Below are positions 1-9,282 of a DNA stretch of 64,000 nt, piece after piece. Made by a program: the position numbers and the translations under genes. The DNA lies in the sequence record SRR20825006_999; one strand, written 5' to 3'. Each line of letters starts with the position of its first letter. Position 1 is the first letter of the stretch. The notes under the pieces are model-generated. The model was given only the letters and a program-made list of their open reading frames with translations, was not told where the DNA came from and searched no databases.

Positions 1-135
1 CGAATTATCTAACATCTACAGGGATGACCGGGGTGTTTTACGTGTCTATCCTTAGAATGACTGTTTCCGCTGTTTTTTGTTAAACCGCCAGCGAATTATC
101 CAGCTGTTATTAAGAATGAAGAACTGTACTAGAAT

Positions 136-1278
136 CTAGTACAATTCATATTCCAGTAACCTACACTCGATGGTTGAGTTGTAGAGTTCAACTCTTCTGC
201 TGGTTCTTAGACCAATTTTCTTAGCGAGATCGAAGTTTCCTGTAAACACGTAACCCCATTTTCCACTGCATCGATGTTTGAAGTAATCACCAATGGTTTT
301 GTAAAGGTCTTCTAGTTCTTCGCTATCGCCTAAACGTTCGCCATAAGGAGGATTAAATACTACAACTCCGTTTCCTTCTGGCATTTCGGTATCGCGGAAA
401 TCACAGCATTTAAATTCAATTAGGTGATCTACACCAGCAGTTTGCGCATTTTTTTGAGCGGCTTTTATTGCTCTAGGATCTAAATCGGTAGCAATGATTT
501 TGCCTTCAAATTCTTTAACCGAGTCGTCTTTAACATCAGTTCGTAACGAGTTCCATTCGCCTACATCAAAGCCGAGTATGTGTTTAATGCCAAAGTTAGG
601 GCGTAATAAACCTGGAGCTCTTTTGGTTGCCATCAAAGCAGCTTCAATGGCTAAAGTTCCACTTCCACACATTGGGTTTACGAAATGTTGGCCTGGTTCC
701 CATTTACTAGCTTTGATGATGGTTGCTGCCAAGGTTTCTTGCATTGCAGCTGTGTGGTTATCCACTTTGTAACCACGACGAGAGATGGATTCTCCGGAAG
801 TATCTAAATAGACCGAAGCTTCAATTCCTTTCCAAAAAAGAAAAACAACCGTTTTGCCTAAATCGGAACCAGAATCAGGTCGAGTTCCCGTTTCTTGTCT
901 GATTCTATCAACAATAGCATCTTTAACCGTTAGGTTTGCAAATTGTGTATTGGTGATGGTGCTGTTTTTGATGAAAGAGGTAATGCTAACATAGCCGTGT
1001 TTGTCTATGTAATCTTCCCAAGGCATTTTCACTATTTCGCGATGAATTTCATCCGCATTTCTACAAAGAAAAGTCTTAAGTAGATAATGAACACGATGTG
1101 CACAACGCAACACTAAATTCAATTTCATACAATCGTGAAGAGTGCCTTTAGTTTCCACACCAGCAAGTCGCTCTTTAATAATTGGGAAGCCAAGGTCTTC
1201 AAGTTCTTGCTTTAGATATGGGGACATCCCTTTTGGGCAGGTGATAGAAATAGTGGATGATTGTGAAAAATCGGCCAT
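136..1278 (-). CDS. THUMP-domain class I SAM-dependent RNA methyltransferase (RlmL-like)
   Basis: THUMP region, DTSGESISRRGY, motif I 'NPMCGSGT', motif IV 'NPPYGERL'. Confidence 0.9.
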   Translation of the reverse strand: MADFSQSSTISITCPKGMSPYLKQELEDLGFPIIKERLAGVETKGTLHDCMKLNLVLRCAHRVHYLLKTFLCRNADEIHREIVKMPWEDYIDKHGYVSITSFIKNSTITNTQFANLTVKDAIVDRIRQETGTRPDSGSDLGKTVVFLFWKGIEASVYLDTSGESISRRGYKVDNHTAAMQETLAATIIKASKWEPGQHFVNPMCGSGTLAIEAALMATKRAPGLLRPNFGIKHILGFDVGEWNSLRTDVKDDSVKEFEGKIIATDLDPRAIKAAQKNAQTAGVDHLIEFKCCDFRDTEMPEGNGVVVFNPPYGERLGDSEELEDLYKTIGDYFKHRCSGKWGYVFTGNFDLAKKIGLRTSRRVELYNSTIECRLLEYELY

Positions 1279-1325
1279 AAAATTGTTGGTGGAATGAATA
1301 ATGGGAAGGAAGGAGAGAAATAAGA

Positions 1326-1363
1326 AACTTCAGATTGTGCTAAAAAGCAAGCAATCTGAAGTT
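1326..1363 (-). terminator. Probable intrinsic terminator/hairpin downstream of the slyD-like gene
   Basis: 12-bp perfect inverted repeat AACTTCAGATTG (1326-1337) / CAATCTGAAGTT (1352-1363), followed by a pyrimidine-rich tract on the minus strand. Confidence 0.6.
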
Positions 1364-1375
1364 GTGATAATACAA

Positions 1376-1804
1376 TTACGCTATTTCAACTAACTCGATG
1401 TTGAACGTAAGGTCTTTACCAGCTAGTGGATGATTAGCGTCGATTGTTACATTTTCGCCTTCCACGTTGGTAATTTGAACAGGAATTACTTGTCCGTCTG
1501 GCTGGTTTAACTGAAGTTGAACTCCAACTTCTGGTTCTAAATCAGCAGGAAGTTGGCTTTTCTCAACTTCGATAATCATTTGTGGGTTTGGATCGCCATA
1601 CGCTTCTGCGCTTGGGATATTAGCAGTGGTGCTATCGCCCACTTTTAAGCCTACAACAGCTTTTTCAAAGCCTGGGATAAGTTGCCCTTGGCCGAGTGTA
1701 AACTCAAGAGGTTCGCGTTGAACTGATGAGTCGAATACAGATCCGTCTTCAAGTTGACCTGTGTAATGAACTTTTACGGTGTCGCCGTTTTTTACTACTG
1801 ACAA
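1376..1804 (-). CDS. FKBP-type peptidyl-prolyl isomerase, SlyD/SlpA-like (no His-rich tail)
   Basis: VKVHYTG..DGSVFDSS, 'GQLIPGFE', 'AYG', 'DANHPLAGKDLTF'. Confidence 0.93.
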   Translation of the reverse strand: MSVVKNGDTVKVHYTGQLEDGSVFDSSVQREPLEFTLGQGQLIPGFEKAVVGLKVGDSTTANIPSAEAYGDPNPQMIIEVEKSQLPADLEPEVGVQLQLNQPDGQVIPVQITNVEGENVTIDANHPLAGKDLTFNIELVEIA

Positions 1805-1902
1805 AATGTTTCCTTCTTTTAGGAATTATAAATTGATTAATAAGCTTTAAGTTACTGAAATTAGCACTTAAATATTACCCCTAATCCGAGATCCCATTTG
1901 TG

Positions 1903-2322
1903 ATGAATGCAGACGTTAAAGAAGTACTTCAATCCGCTAGAACTATTGCCATCATTGGTTGCTCACCAAATCCATATCGAACAAGTAATTATATTGCAAA
2001 ATTCTTGATGGAGAGAGGCTATACAATCATCCCTGTTAATCCTGGCCATGATGAAATATTAGGCGTTAAATGTTATCGAAGCTTAAGCGGAATTCCCTCA
2101 CAAACTCAGATTGATGTGGTTAATGTTTTCAGAGATTCGGCACATACAGCAGGAGTTATGGAAGAGGTTTTGGAATGGAACAAACTTTCTGGGCAAAACC
2201 CAACAGTGTGGACGCAGCTAGATGTTTCATCTCCCGAAGCAGAAGTAATTGCCGAGAAGAACAACGTTCCTTACATCAAAAACCGGTGTATTATGGTTGA
2301 GTGGGAGCGGGAAATTCAGTAG
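1903..2322 (+). CDS. CoA-binding protein (YccU/CoA_binding_2 family)
   Basis: 'TIAIIGCSPNPYRTS', 'IIPVNP', 'DVVNVFR', 'VWTQL', 'NRCIMVE'; ATG at 1903 follows a GTG at 1900. Confidence 0.9.
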   Translation: MNADVKEVLQSARTIAIIGCSPNPYRTSNYIAKFLMERGYTIIPVNPGHDEILGVKCYRSLSGIPSQTQIDVVNVFRDSAHTAGVMEEVLEWNKLSGQNPTVWTQLDVSSPEAEVIAEKNNVPYIKNRCIMVEWEREIQ

Positions 2323-2460
2323 GTCTAATTAACAAAATCATTTTTCCCAACATCCTTAAAACATTCATTAAATCTTAATGAATTCAAATTATATTTTCAG
2401 TTCTAGAAAACTATATTGAAATAAATTCAATAGTTGGAATTGGTAAATTTGGGTAGCACA

Positions 2461-4650
2461 ATGCAAAATGAGATTTTGAGCCTCTTGAAGGAGGCCTATA
2501 AAGTGCGTGTTAGCGACTTAAGTAAGAGCATAAAACTTGCAGAAAAAGCTCGAAAATTAAGTAAAAAGAGTGCTGATAAACCTCTTTTAGGTAAAAGCTT
2601 AAATCAACTTTCTCTTTTTAATATGATTATTGGTAATTATGACTTATCAATAAAACTTGCTAATAAAGCACTCGTTATTTTCGGAGAACTGAATGATGAC
2701 CGTGGTATTGCTGAAGCTAAGTATAATGTAGCAGGCGTTTACTATAAGACTAACAACTTGCACTCAGGCTTAATGAATCTGATTGATTGCCAAGTAATCT
2801 ACCGAAAATATAATGATTTGCATCAATTGGGTAGAACGCTGAAAGCTCTCGGGACTATTTATGAGTATTTCGGTGACGAGAAGCGGGCTGTTAATTCCTA
2901 TATAGAAGTAATAGAAGTTGCTCGTAAAATTGGAGACTCTAACTTAGAGTCGAATGCCTTGAACCCACTTTCGGGAGTATATCTCAATCAAGGTAAAATT
3001 GAAAAAGCTCTTAAAATCATCGAGAAATCGATGGAAATGAAAGAAGCCACTGGAGATATACGAGGTTTAGCTTTCGCATACTACGGAAGAGCTAAAGTTT
3101 ATACACAAATAAGTGAGTTTGAAAAAGCTGAGAATGACTTTGATGAATCCATAAGAATTCACAAAGAGATGGGTGAAAAACTAGGCCTTTGTATGGCTCT
3201 TCACAAATTGGGATATCTATACTTTCTCAAAAAAGACATTAAGAAAGCAAAAAATGTTCTAAGAGCTGCGGTTGAATTTGCTAACGATAATGACATTGCC
3301 CTTATAAAATTTAAGTGTAATTACTTGCTCTATAAAGTTTATGAAAGTGAGAATAACACTTCGGAAGCTCTTAAATATCTGGAATACTATATCACTGAGA
3401 AGGAATCTGTAATCAATATGCAGACCCTAAAAATTATTGAAAATTACGAGATGATTCTTAAGGTTGAGAACTTGGAAAAAGAAGCTCAAATGCAACGGGA
3501 AACGGCAGAAATCATTGAGAAGAAAAATCTTGCGGTTCAAGAAGCAAAAGTAAAGCAAGACTTTCTTTCTACCATGAGTCATGAAATTAGGACACCATTG
3601 AATGCTGTGATAACGATTTCATCATTGCTCAATGAGCGCAATCCTAATGATGAACAACAATTAATAGACGCACTTAATTTTTCAGCTAAAAATCTACTTT
3701 ATATTATTAATGATATTCTAGATTACACTAAGTTAGATGCTAATAAGGTAAAGATTGAAGCTAGAGCTTGTAATCTGTTTAATATGCTAGATAGCCTAAG
3801 AAATACTTATCTAGCCTTAGCTAACGAAAAAGGGATAAGACTCAATCTTGTAATCAAAGAAGGTATAAATGATTCATACTCATTTGACGAAACTAAACTC
3901 TCACAGATATTAGGCAATCTTATTAGTAATGCAATTAAGTTTACTGACTCGGGATCAGTAGATATAATTGTTGAGAGAAAACAAATTCTTGGAAATATTG
4001 ATCAGCTTAACTTTAGTGTTATTGATACAGGGGAAGGTATTTCTAAAAAGCATCTTAGTTCAATACTCGATAGCTTTTATCAGCCTCAAATGACGAAAAG
4101 TAGAAAACATGGAGGTTCTGGTCTCGGACTTGCCATCGTCAAAAAACTATTAGCTTTACACAATAGTTCAATCCGTTATGAAAGTGAGTTGGGAGTAGGT
4201 TCAAAATTTGAATTTGATTTAGATTTTAAACGGGTGAAATCTGTAGATAAAAAAACTAGAGTTCTTCTGGAACCTCTAACTGGAAAATCTATATTACTAG
4301 CCGAGGATAACAAGATAAACGCCATGGTAGTTGGCAAACTTCTTGCGAGATGGGGAGTTGTTTTTGAGCATGCACAAAATGGTAAAGAAGTTGTTGAAAT
4401 GTCTAAGGTGAATAAATACGACTGTATTCTGATGGACATTCATATGCCAATAATGGATGGTTTTGAAGCCACTTCTCTGATAAAAAAGACTGAGAATATA
4501 AATAAATATACGCCAGTTGTTGCTTTAACAGCAGATATTACTGCCGAAAAATTAGCGCTGGATAATACCGAGTTTCAATATTGTTTTGATGGATTTCTTC
4601 TAAAACCTATTGATCAAGACAAGCTTTATAACGTCCTTAGAAATACTTGA
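2461..4650 (+). CDS. TPR-domain hybrid sensor histidine kinase/response regulator
   Basis: Multiple N-terminal TPR-like helices; H-box 'FLSTMSHEIRTPLN'; N/G boxes 'NLISNAIKFT', 'DTGEGI', 'GGSGLGLAI'; receiver 'LLAEDN..ILMDIHMPIMDG..KP'. The ORF could start at TTG 2434. Confidence 0.9.
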   Translation: MQNEILSLLKEAYKVRVSDLSKSIKLAEKARKLSKKSADKPLLGKSLNQLSLFNMIIGNYDLSIKLANKALVIFGELNDDRGIAEAKYNVAGVYYKTNNLHSGLMNLIDCQVIYRKYNDLHQLGRTLKALGTIYEYFGDEKRAVNSYIEVIEVARKIGDSNLESNALNPLSGVYLNQGKIEKALKIIEKSMEMKEATGDIRGLAFAYYGRAKVYTQISEFEKAENDFDESIRIHKEMGEKLGLCMALHKLGYLYFLKKDIKKAKNVLRAAVEFANDNDIALIKFKCNYLLYKVYESENNTSEALKYLEYYITEKESVINMQTLKIIENYEMILKVENLEKEAQMQRETAEIIEKKNLAVQEAKVKQDFLSTMSHEIRTPLNAVITISSLLNERNPNDEQQLIDALNFSAKNLLYIINDILDYTKLDANKVKIEARACNLFNMLDSLRNTYLALANEKGIRLNLVIKEGINDSYSFDETKLSQILGNLISNAIKFTDSGSVDIIVERKQILGNIDQLNFSVIDTGEGISKKHLSSILDSFYQPQMTKSRKHGGSGLGLAIVKKLLALHNSSIRYESELGVGSKFEFDLDFKRVKSVDKKTRVLLEPLTGKSILLAEDNKINAMVVGKLLARWGVVFEHAQNGKEVVEMSKVNKYDCILMDIHMPIMDGFEATSLIKKTENINKYTPVVALTADITAEKLALDNTEFQYCFDGFLLKPIDQDKLYNVLRNT

Positions 4651-4661
4651 CTAATTCTGGT

Positions 4662-5828
4662 TTAAGGAAGGTTTTTTAGTAAGAAGTCGCGCATATTTTC
4701 TCCCATTATGGCTTTTATTTCATCTCTTGTGAAGCCTTGTTTAAGCATTTCATCAACCAGCAAAGGTAAACCTGTTACATCGAAAGGTGTGGTTACGCTG
4801 CCATCAAAGTCGGAGCCAAGTGCTACAAACTCAATTCCAACCAGATTTCTAACGTGTTTCATTGAAGCTACGATTACAGGTATGCCACCATCACCAATTG
4901 CTCCTGGAAAGAATGCGACTCCAATTAAACCTTTGTTCTCCGCAATGGCTTTTATTTGTGCGTCAGAAAGATTGCGTTGTGAATTGTAAACTGCTCTTAC
5001 ACCTGTGTGTGAAACGATAACAGGATTGGTTGTTCGGGCAAGAATATCGTCAATCATATTTGGGGAGATGTGCGATAAGTCCACTAACATTCCCAATTCG
5101 TTCATTCTGTCTATCACTTGTTCTCCAAAAGGAGTGAGGCCCTCGCCAGAGATTCCGTGAGCGGATCCTCCAAGTTTGTTATCGAAGAAATGAGTTGGGC
5201 CCATCATGCGTACGCCAGCTTCAAACACTCGATCCAGGTTTTCTAAACTTCCTTCAATGGCATGAGCGCCTTCAATTCCGATAAAACCACCAATCACAGA
5301 AGGATTGGTTTCCTTAAGTTTAATGAGCTTTTCTAAATCTATTCTGTTTTTAACTAAGACAAAATCATCTTCATAAACCTCAGCAAAAAGGTGCAGTTTC
5401 TTGGTTTGATATAAAGCTCTGTTCACCAAACTAAACCAATTAGAAACGGGGCGACCTTGAACAATATTCAACAACGTGATGTTATCAAAGGCATCAGAGC
5501 TGTTAGATTCAAAGTTCTGTCCAGCTGGAGATTTACTAACAATAGTAAATGTTTGAAGTGTTACCGAGGATTGTTGTAAGCGAGGAAAATCAACATGACC
5601 AATATCTGATTGTCGGGTTAAATTTCTATTCCAGAGCAATGCATCGCTGTGTAAATCTCCAATAAAGGAAAGAGAATCGTACAAAGCTTGTGCCTCTTCA
5701 GAAGCGCTGTAAGGCGGTTGCTGTGTGATTTTATTCAGGTCTTTTTCTACAATATCGGGCACAATCAGGGTTACAAGTATGTACACGATGGCTAATAAGA
5801 ATGAACCGTAGAATAATTTTTTTTTCAT
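4662..5828 (-). CDS. Membrane dipeptidase (peptidase M19 family)
   Basis: N-terminal anchor, 'DLHSD', 'GIEGAH', 'VDLSH', 'IVSHTG', 'RNLSD', 'LGSDFDG'. Confidence 0.9.
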   Translation of the reverse strand: MKKKLFYGSFLLAIVYILVTLIVPDIVEKDLNKITQQPPYSASEEAQALYDSLSFIGDLHSDALLWNRNLTRQSDIGHVDFPRLQQSSVTLQTFTIVSKSPAGQNFESNSSDAFDNITLLNIVQGRPVSNWFSLVNRALYQTKKLHLFAEVYEDDFVLVKNRIDLEKLIKLKETNPSVIGGFIGIEGAHAIEGSLENLDRVFEAGVRMMGPTHFFDNKLGGSAHGISGEGLTPFGEQVIDRMNELGMLVDLSHISPNMIDDILARTTNPVIVSHTGVRAVYNSQRNLSDAQIKAIAENKGLIGVAFFPGAIGDGGIPVIVASMKHVRNLVGIEFVALGSDFDGSVTTPFDVTGLPLLVDEMLKQGFTRDEIKAIMGENMRDFLLKNLP

Positions 5829-5872
5829 GTAATGAAGAAATTAAAGAGAAAGTGAATTGTTTCTGAAAGCGC

Positions 5873-6292
5873 CTAAACTCCCAACAAGTGCAAATGCTTT
5901 ACTTTGTGGTACGTTAATGCCAATGTGATACAGTGTTTTAATTCTGAAGTTGGAATGTCTTCATTCAACTCAAAAACAATAGCTCTATTTGTTTCAAAGT
6001 TGAATACCTCTGAATACAACTTCCTAAATGTAGGCACCAAAATAGAAGTGCATTTAAAATACACCGCATATTGATTTGGAGTTTTAGCTTTCCAATCCAT
6101 TCTCACCGTGCTACCGTGTTTAGTTAGATAACTTGGTTCGCCCCATTTCAACGTTTCTTCAAGAGTTTCGAGCTCATCAATTTCAGCAGCTGTTTCTAGT
6201 ACTAAGGCTCGTAATGATGCCATCTGTGAACGAACGGATTCGGGATAGTTCTTAAATACTTCTTCAACTTGTGGGTTGGCGACTAGCTTCAA
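5873..6292 (-). CDS. DUF1801 (YdhG-like) domain protein
   Basis: 'EETLKWGEPSY', 'GSTVRMDWK', 'FETNRAI', 'ALTYH'. Confidence 0.8.
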   Translation of the reverse strand: MKLVANPQVEEVFKNYPESVRSQMASLRALVLETAAEIDELETLEETLKWGEPSYLTKHGSTVRMDWKAKTPNQYAVYFKCTSILVPTFRKLYSEVFNFETNRAIVFELNEDIPTSELKHCITLALTYHKVKHLHLLGV

Positions 6293-6381
6293 TGTAATCT
6301 TGTTTGGGTATGATATTAGGTTGAAATATGAGGTATCTCTAAAGATTATACAAGAGTAGACATTCAGTTTCCCAAAAGTTG

Positions 6382-7137
6382 TTAAGAGGATTTAGAGAAG
6401 AGTTTCTTTTTATGCAAAGAACGTTTTGAGGAGAGTACGACCCTAACACGGAAATCATCATAGAACAAACTGGCAAGAAGTATTAGCGCACTTATAATGA
6501 GTGTATCGAGGCCTAAACCCATTCTAGAGTACATAAAACCGCCTACTAATCCCCCAAAAAAGAAGAAGCAAATGATGGAAATACGAAGTTGAATATTTGC
6601 CTTAATGTGTTGTCGGTTGGGATACATTTTCGGAAAGAAAAGGTGCGATAGATCGATTCCTAAATCAGTAAAAAGACCCGTTAAATGAGTGGTTCGTACA
6701 ATAGCGTCAGATATTTTGGTAACAAAAGAGTTCTGAATCCCCATAGCAAAGAGCAAAAAGCAGGCAATAACATTTGCATTTGAAACCACAGAGAAGTCGC
6801 TGATAAGAGCAATGAAAATTAACACAAAGGCTTCTATAACGGTTGGAATAACAAACACATTTAGTTTCTTATTCTTTCTGAACGTTTCTATGAAGAAACT
6901 TGAGGTAAAGGAGCCAAATAAAAATGAAAAGATGTAGAGGAAATAAATGGTTCCTTTCCAGAATTGGAAGTCGGCAAGGTCATTTATGAATAAAGCAAAA
7001 TGCCCCGTAACGTTTGTGGTTAATTGCTTTATAGCCAGAAAGCCTGCAGCATTCACAGTTCCTGCTACAAAAGACAGAACAGAGGCTATCTGTACGTTGT
7101 GTTTTAATGTTCTGCGTTTACCTTGATGTCTGAACAT
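6382..7137 (-). CDS. YoaK/DUF1275 family membrane protein
   Basis: 'SFVAGTVNAAGF', 'TTNVTGH', 'FAMGIQN', 'VRTTHLTG'; multiple TM helices. Confidence 0.88.
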   Translation of the reverse strand: MFRHQGKRRTLKHNVQIASVLSFVAGTVNAAGFLAIKQLTTNVTGHFALFINDLADFQFWKGTIYFLYIFSFLFGSFTSSFFIETFRKNKKLNVFVIPTVIEAFVLIFIALISDFSVVSNANVIACFLLFAMGIQNSFVTKISDAIVRTTHLTGLFTDLGIDLSHLFFPKMYPNRQHIKANIQLRISIICFFFFGGLVGGFMYSRMGLGLDTLIISALILLASLFYDDFRVRVVLSSKRSLHKKKLFSKSS

Positions 7138-7349
7138 TAAAATCTCATTTAGCGGATTTATACGGGTTGCTTACAACAGAGAGTAAATAAAAGGAGGCGA
7201 GTATCAAGTAATGGTTCAATAGATCGTATGAACAAAAATGTTGTAAGCGGTAATTAATTTCTGTTAGTAAGTGTTGGAATAACTGTGGAGTTATTTCAGC
7301 TAAATATACTGAAAATTAGAACTACATGAATGTAGTGTAGATGGATTCT

Positions 7350-8411
7350 CTAATACTTTCTTTTCCGTCGTTCTGTTTGTACTTCGCGATACATTTTAAC
7401 TTGGCTTTTTGAACGTTGCCTTTTCTCGTGTACAGAGCTAGAGAAGTGAAGCTGTTCTCTTTTCATTTTGTGATAGTTGTCGTGCGCACTTTTAGAAATT
7501 CTACCTTCTTCAACAGCTTGGAGCACTGCACAGCCTACCTCATGAATATGACTACAATCATTGAATTTACATTCTTTCGAAATTTCTTGAATCTCGTCGT
7601 AGGTTAGTTCGATGCCTTTTGCGTTATCAGTCATGCCAATTTCACGCATTCCGGGGGTATCAATCACAATACTTTGGTTGGATAGCACCAATAATTCACG
7701 ATGGGTTGTGGTATGCCGACCTTTATTATTACTTGAACTTACTTCGCTGGTTTTAAGAGTTTCTTCGTCTTTTAACTGATTTACGATGGTGGATTTACCC
7801 ACACCTGATGAGCCAATGAAGCAATAGGTTTTATGTGCTTCCATGATTTCAGAAACAGCCTCAAAACTTTCACTTATGTGGATACTAAGAGGAATAACCG
7901 GTACATCTTTTATGCGTTCATTGATTTGAGCTATCAATGCAGTTTTCCCTTCATCACTAATCAAATCTGTTTTAGATAGCAGAAGAATGGGTTTGATGTT
8001 TGCGGTATAAGAGATTGCCAAATAACGCTCAAGTCGCTTTAAGTTGAAATCTTGTCCTGCAGCTTGCACAATGAAAGCGTAATCGATATTGGTAGCTATA
8101 ACTTGAGTTTCAGCATGTTTACCGACAGCTTGACGCTCTAAAATGGTTGTTCTAGGAAATATGGAAAGAATGATGGCTGTCTTTTCATCCATCATGGTAA
8201 CTTTAACCCAATCTCCCACGGCAGGAAATTCCAGTCTACTTTGTGCTGCGTAACGTAAATTCCCCGTTATCTCAGCACTATATACTCCAGTTGTTGTTTG
8301 GATGGTATAGCGTTCTTTGTGCTCAATAATTACACGGGCAAGTTCATAGCCTTCGTAATCTTCAGGAGAGATGAGAGAAGTAATGGGTCCGGTAAATCCT
8401 AGATGTTTCAT
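7350..8411 (-). CDS. rsgA: Ribosome small subunit-dependent GTPase A
   Basis: OB-fold 'PAVGDWV', circularly permuted G motifs 'SKTDL', 'GSSGVGKS', 'GRHTTT', 'DTPGMRE', Zn finger 'CKFNDCSH..E.GC'. Confidence 0.93.
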   Translation of the reverse strand: MKHLGFTGPITSLISPEDYEGYELARVIIEHKERYTIQTTTGVYSAEITGNLRYAAQSRLEFPAVGDWVKVTMMDEKTAIILSIFPRTTILERQAVGKHAETQVIATNIDYAFIVQAAGQDFNLKRLERYLAISYTANIKPILLLSKTDLISDEGKTALIAQINERIKDVPVIPLSIHISESFEAVSEIMEAHKTYCFIGSSGVGKSTIVNQLKDEETLKTSEVSSSNNKGRHTTTHRELLVLSNQSIVIDTPGMREIGMTDNAKGIELTYDEIQEISKECKFNDCSHIHEVGCAVLQAVEEGRISKSAHDNYHKMKREQLHFSSSVHEKRQRSKSQVKMYREVQTERRKRKY

Positions 8412-8525
8412 CCGAATTAGTTCTATTGGGTAGGTTGAAGTGATAAAGTCCGCAAAAGGAGGGTTTTTTCAAAATTGGCGCGAGAATATTTTTGTTCCGA
8501 CTATTGAATGATATATGCATTAGAA

Positions 8526-8590
8526 AGGCTCTGTGGGAGCCTAATTTTTGTAGAAATAATACAAAAGGTATACAGGAGCTCCAGAGGAGT
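8526..8590 (+). repeat. Two REP-like GC-rich hairpins downstream of the Y1 transposase
   Basis: AGGCTC-tgtgg-GAGCCT (8526-8542) followed by AATTTTTGTAGAAA; GCTCC-aga-GGAGT (8578-8590). Confidence 0.7.
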
Positions 8591-8598
8591 GATATTTT

Positions 8599-9060
8599 CT
8601 ATTCAAGCCAATTGAATAAATATTTGCTATCGTATTGGATATTAAATTTCAAAAGGAAATCAAGATATTCTTCTTTGAATGTTTTCTTATAGTGATGTTC
8701 AGGTTGGTTTAAAATATAATTAACAACTGTATCCAATTGACTTTTTGCATAACTAAATGCACCATATCCTTCTTGCCACTGAAATTTATATTCTGTGTAT
8801 TTATTCTCATTTAACCATTTGGTAGAATTTGATTTAATGTCTCTTGCCAAATCCGAAAGTGACTGGCTAGGATTTAAGCCTACTAAAATGTGATAATGAT
8901 CCGGCATACAATAAATAGCCAATAGTTTGTGCTTGTTATTAGAAATGATACCAGAAATGTATTTTTCCAATGGGATTCTGATATCATCTTTTATGACGGC
9001 TTCCCGGTGATTCACGGCAAATACGTATTGAATTAATATTTGTGTGTAGGTATTTGGCAT
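8599..9060 (-). mobile_element. tnpA: IS200/IS605-family Y1 (HUH) transposase, stand-alone, RAYT-like
   Basis: 'VFAV.HR', HUH motif 'MPDHYHIL', 'IKSNS', 'FQWQEGYGAFS', catalytic Tyr in 'YILNQPEHH'; no tnpB adjacent. Confidence 0.92.
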
Positions 9061-9068
9061 ATCGAAAC

Positions 9069-9140
9069 AAGGTTTCGCCCCGATGGGGCTTGTTGAGATG
9101 CTTTAATCGATTTTCTACAAAGGTTTAGCTCCTCTGGAAC
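9069..9140 (-). repeat. Two REP-like hairpins upstream of the Y1 transposase, inverted relative to the downstream pair
   Basis: AAGGTTTC-GCCCC-gat-GGGGC (hairpin 9077-9089); TTTCTACAAAGGTTTA-GCTCC-tct-GGAAC (9112-9140), whose reverse complement ends in TTTGTAGAAA like the 8526 unit. Confidence 0.7.
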
Positions 9141-9282
9141 AAAGATGTTTTGTCTGCAAAGTTTGTTTAATTAAGCATAAAAAATGTGCAAAAACTTATT
9201 CTTTTCAAAATAGCATTATAGATTTTTAACAAGGTTAAAGGATATATAAAATGTTAAAAACTGAACCCACATATAAAAAACC

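Noticed and set aside
1-135. Short repeats CGAATTATC (1-9, 92-100) and GGGATGAC/AGAATGAC/AGAATGAA, resembling decayed REP-like units
   Set aside because: Too short and degenerate, and truncated by the window edge; no regular repeat-spacer period, so not a CRISPR array
494-772. Antisense ORF inside the methyltransferase gene, representative of many shadow ORFs (e.g. 4708-4989, 16787-17107, 29295-29633, 30611-30985, 42573-42923)
   Set aside because: They lie opposite well-supported genes, have no motifs, and are explained by codon bias on the coding strand
8492-8692. 66-aa plus-strand ORF over the transposase end
   Set aside because: Overlaps the REP-like hairpins and the tnpA 3' end; no recognisable features
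8599-9282. Possible IS605/TnpB (OMEGA) system
   Set aside because: No tnpB or iscB ORF and no RuvC motifs next to tnpA
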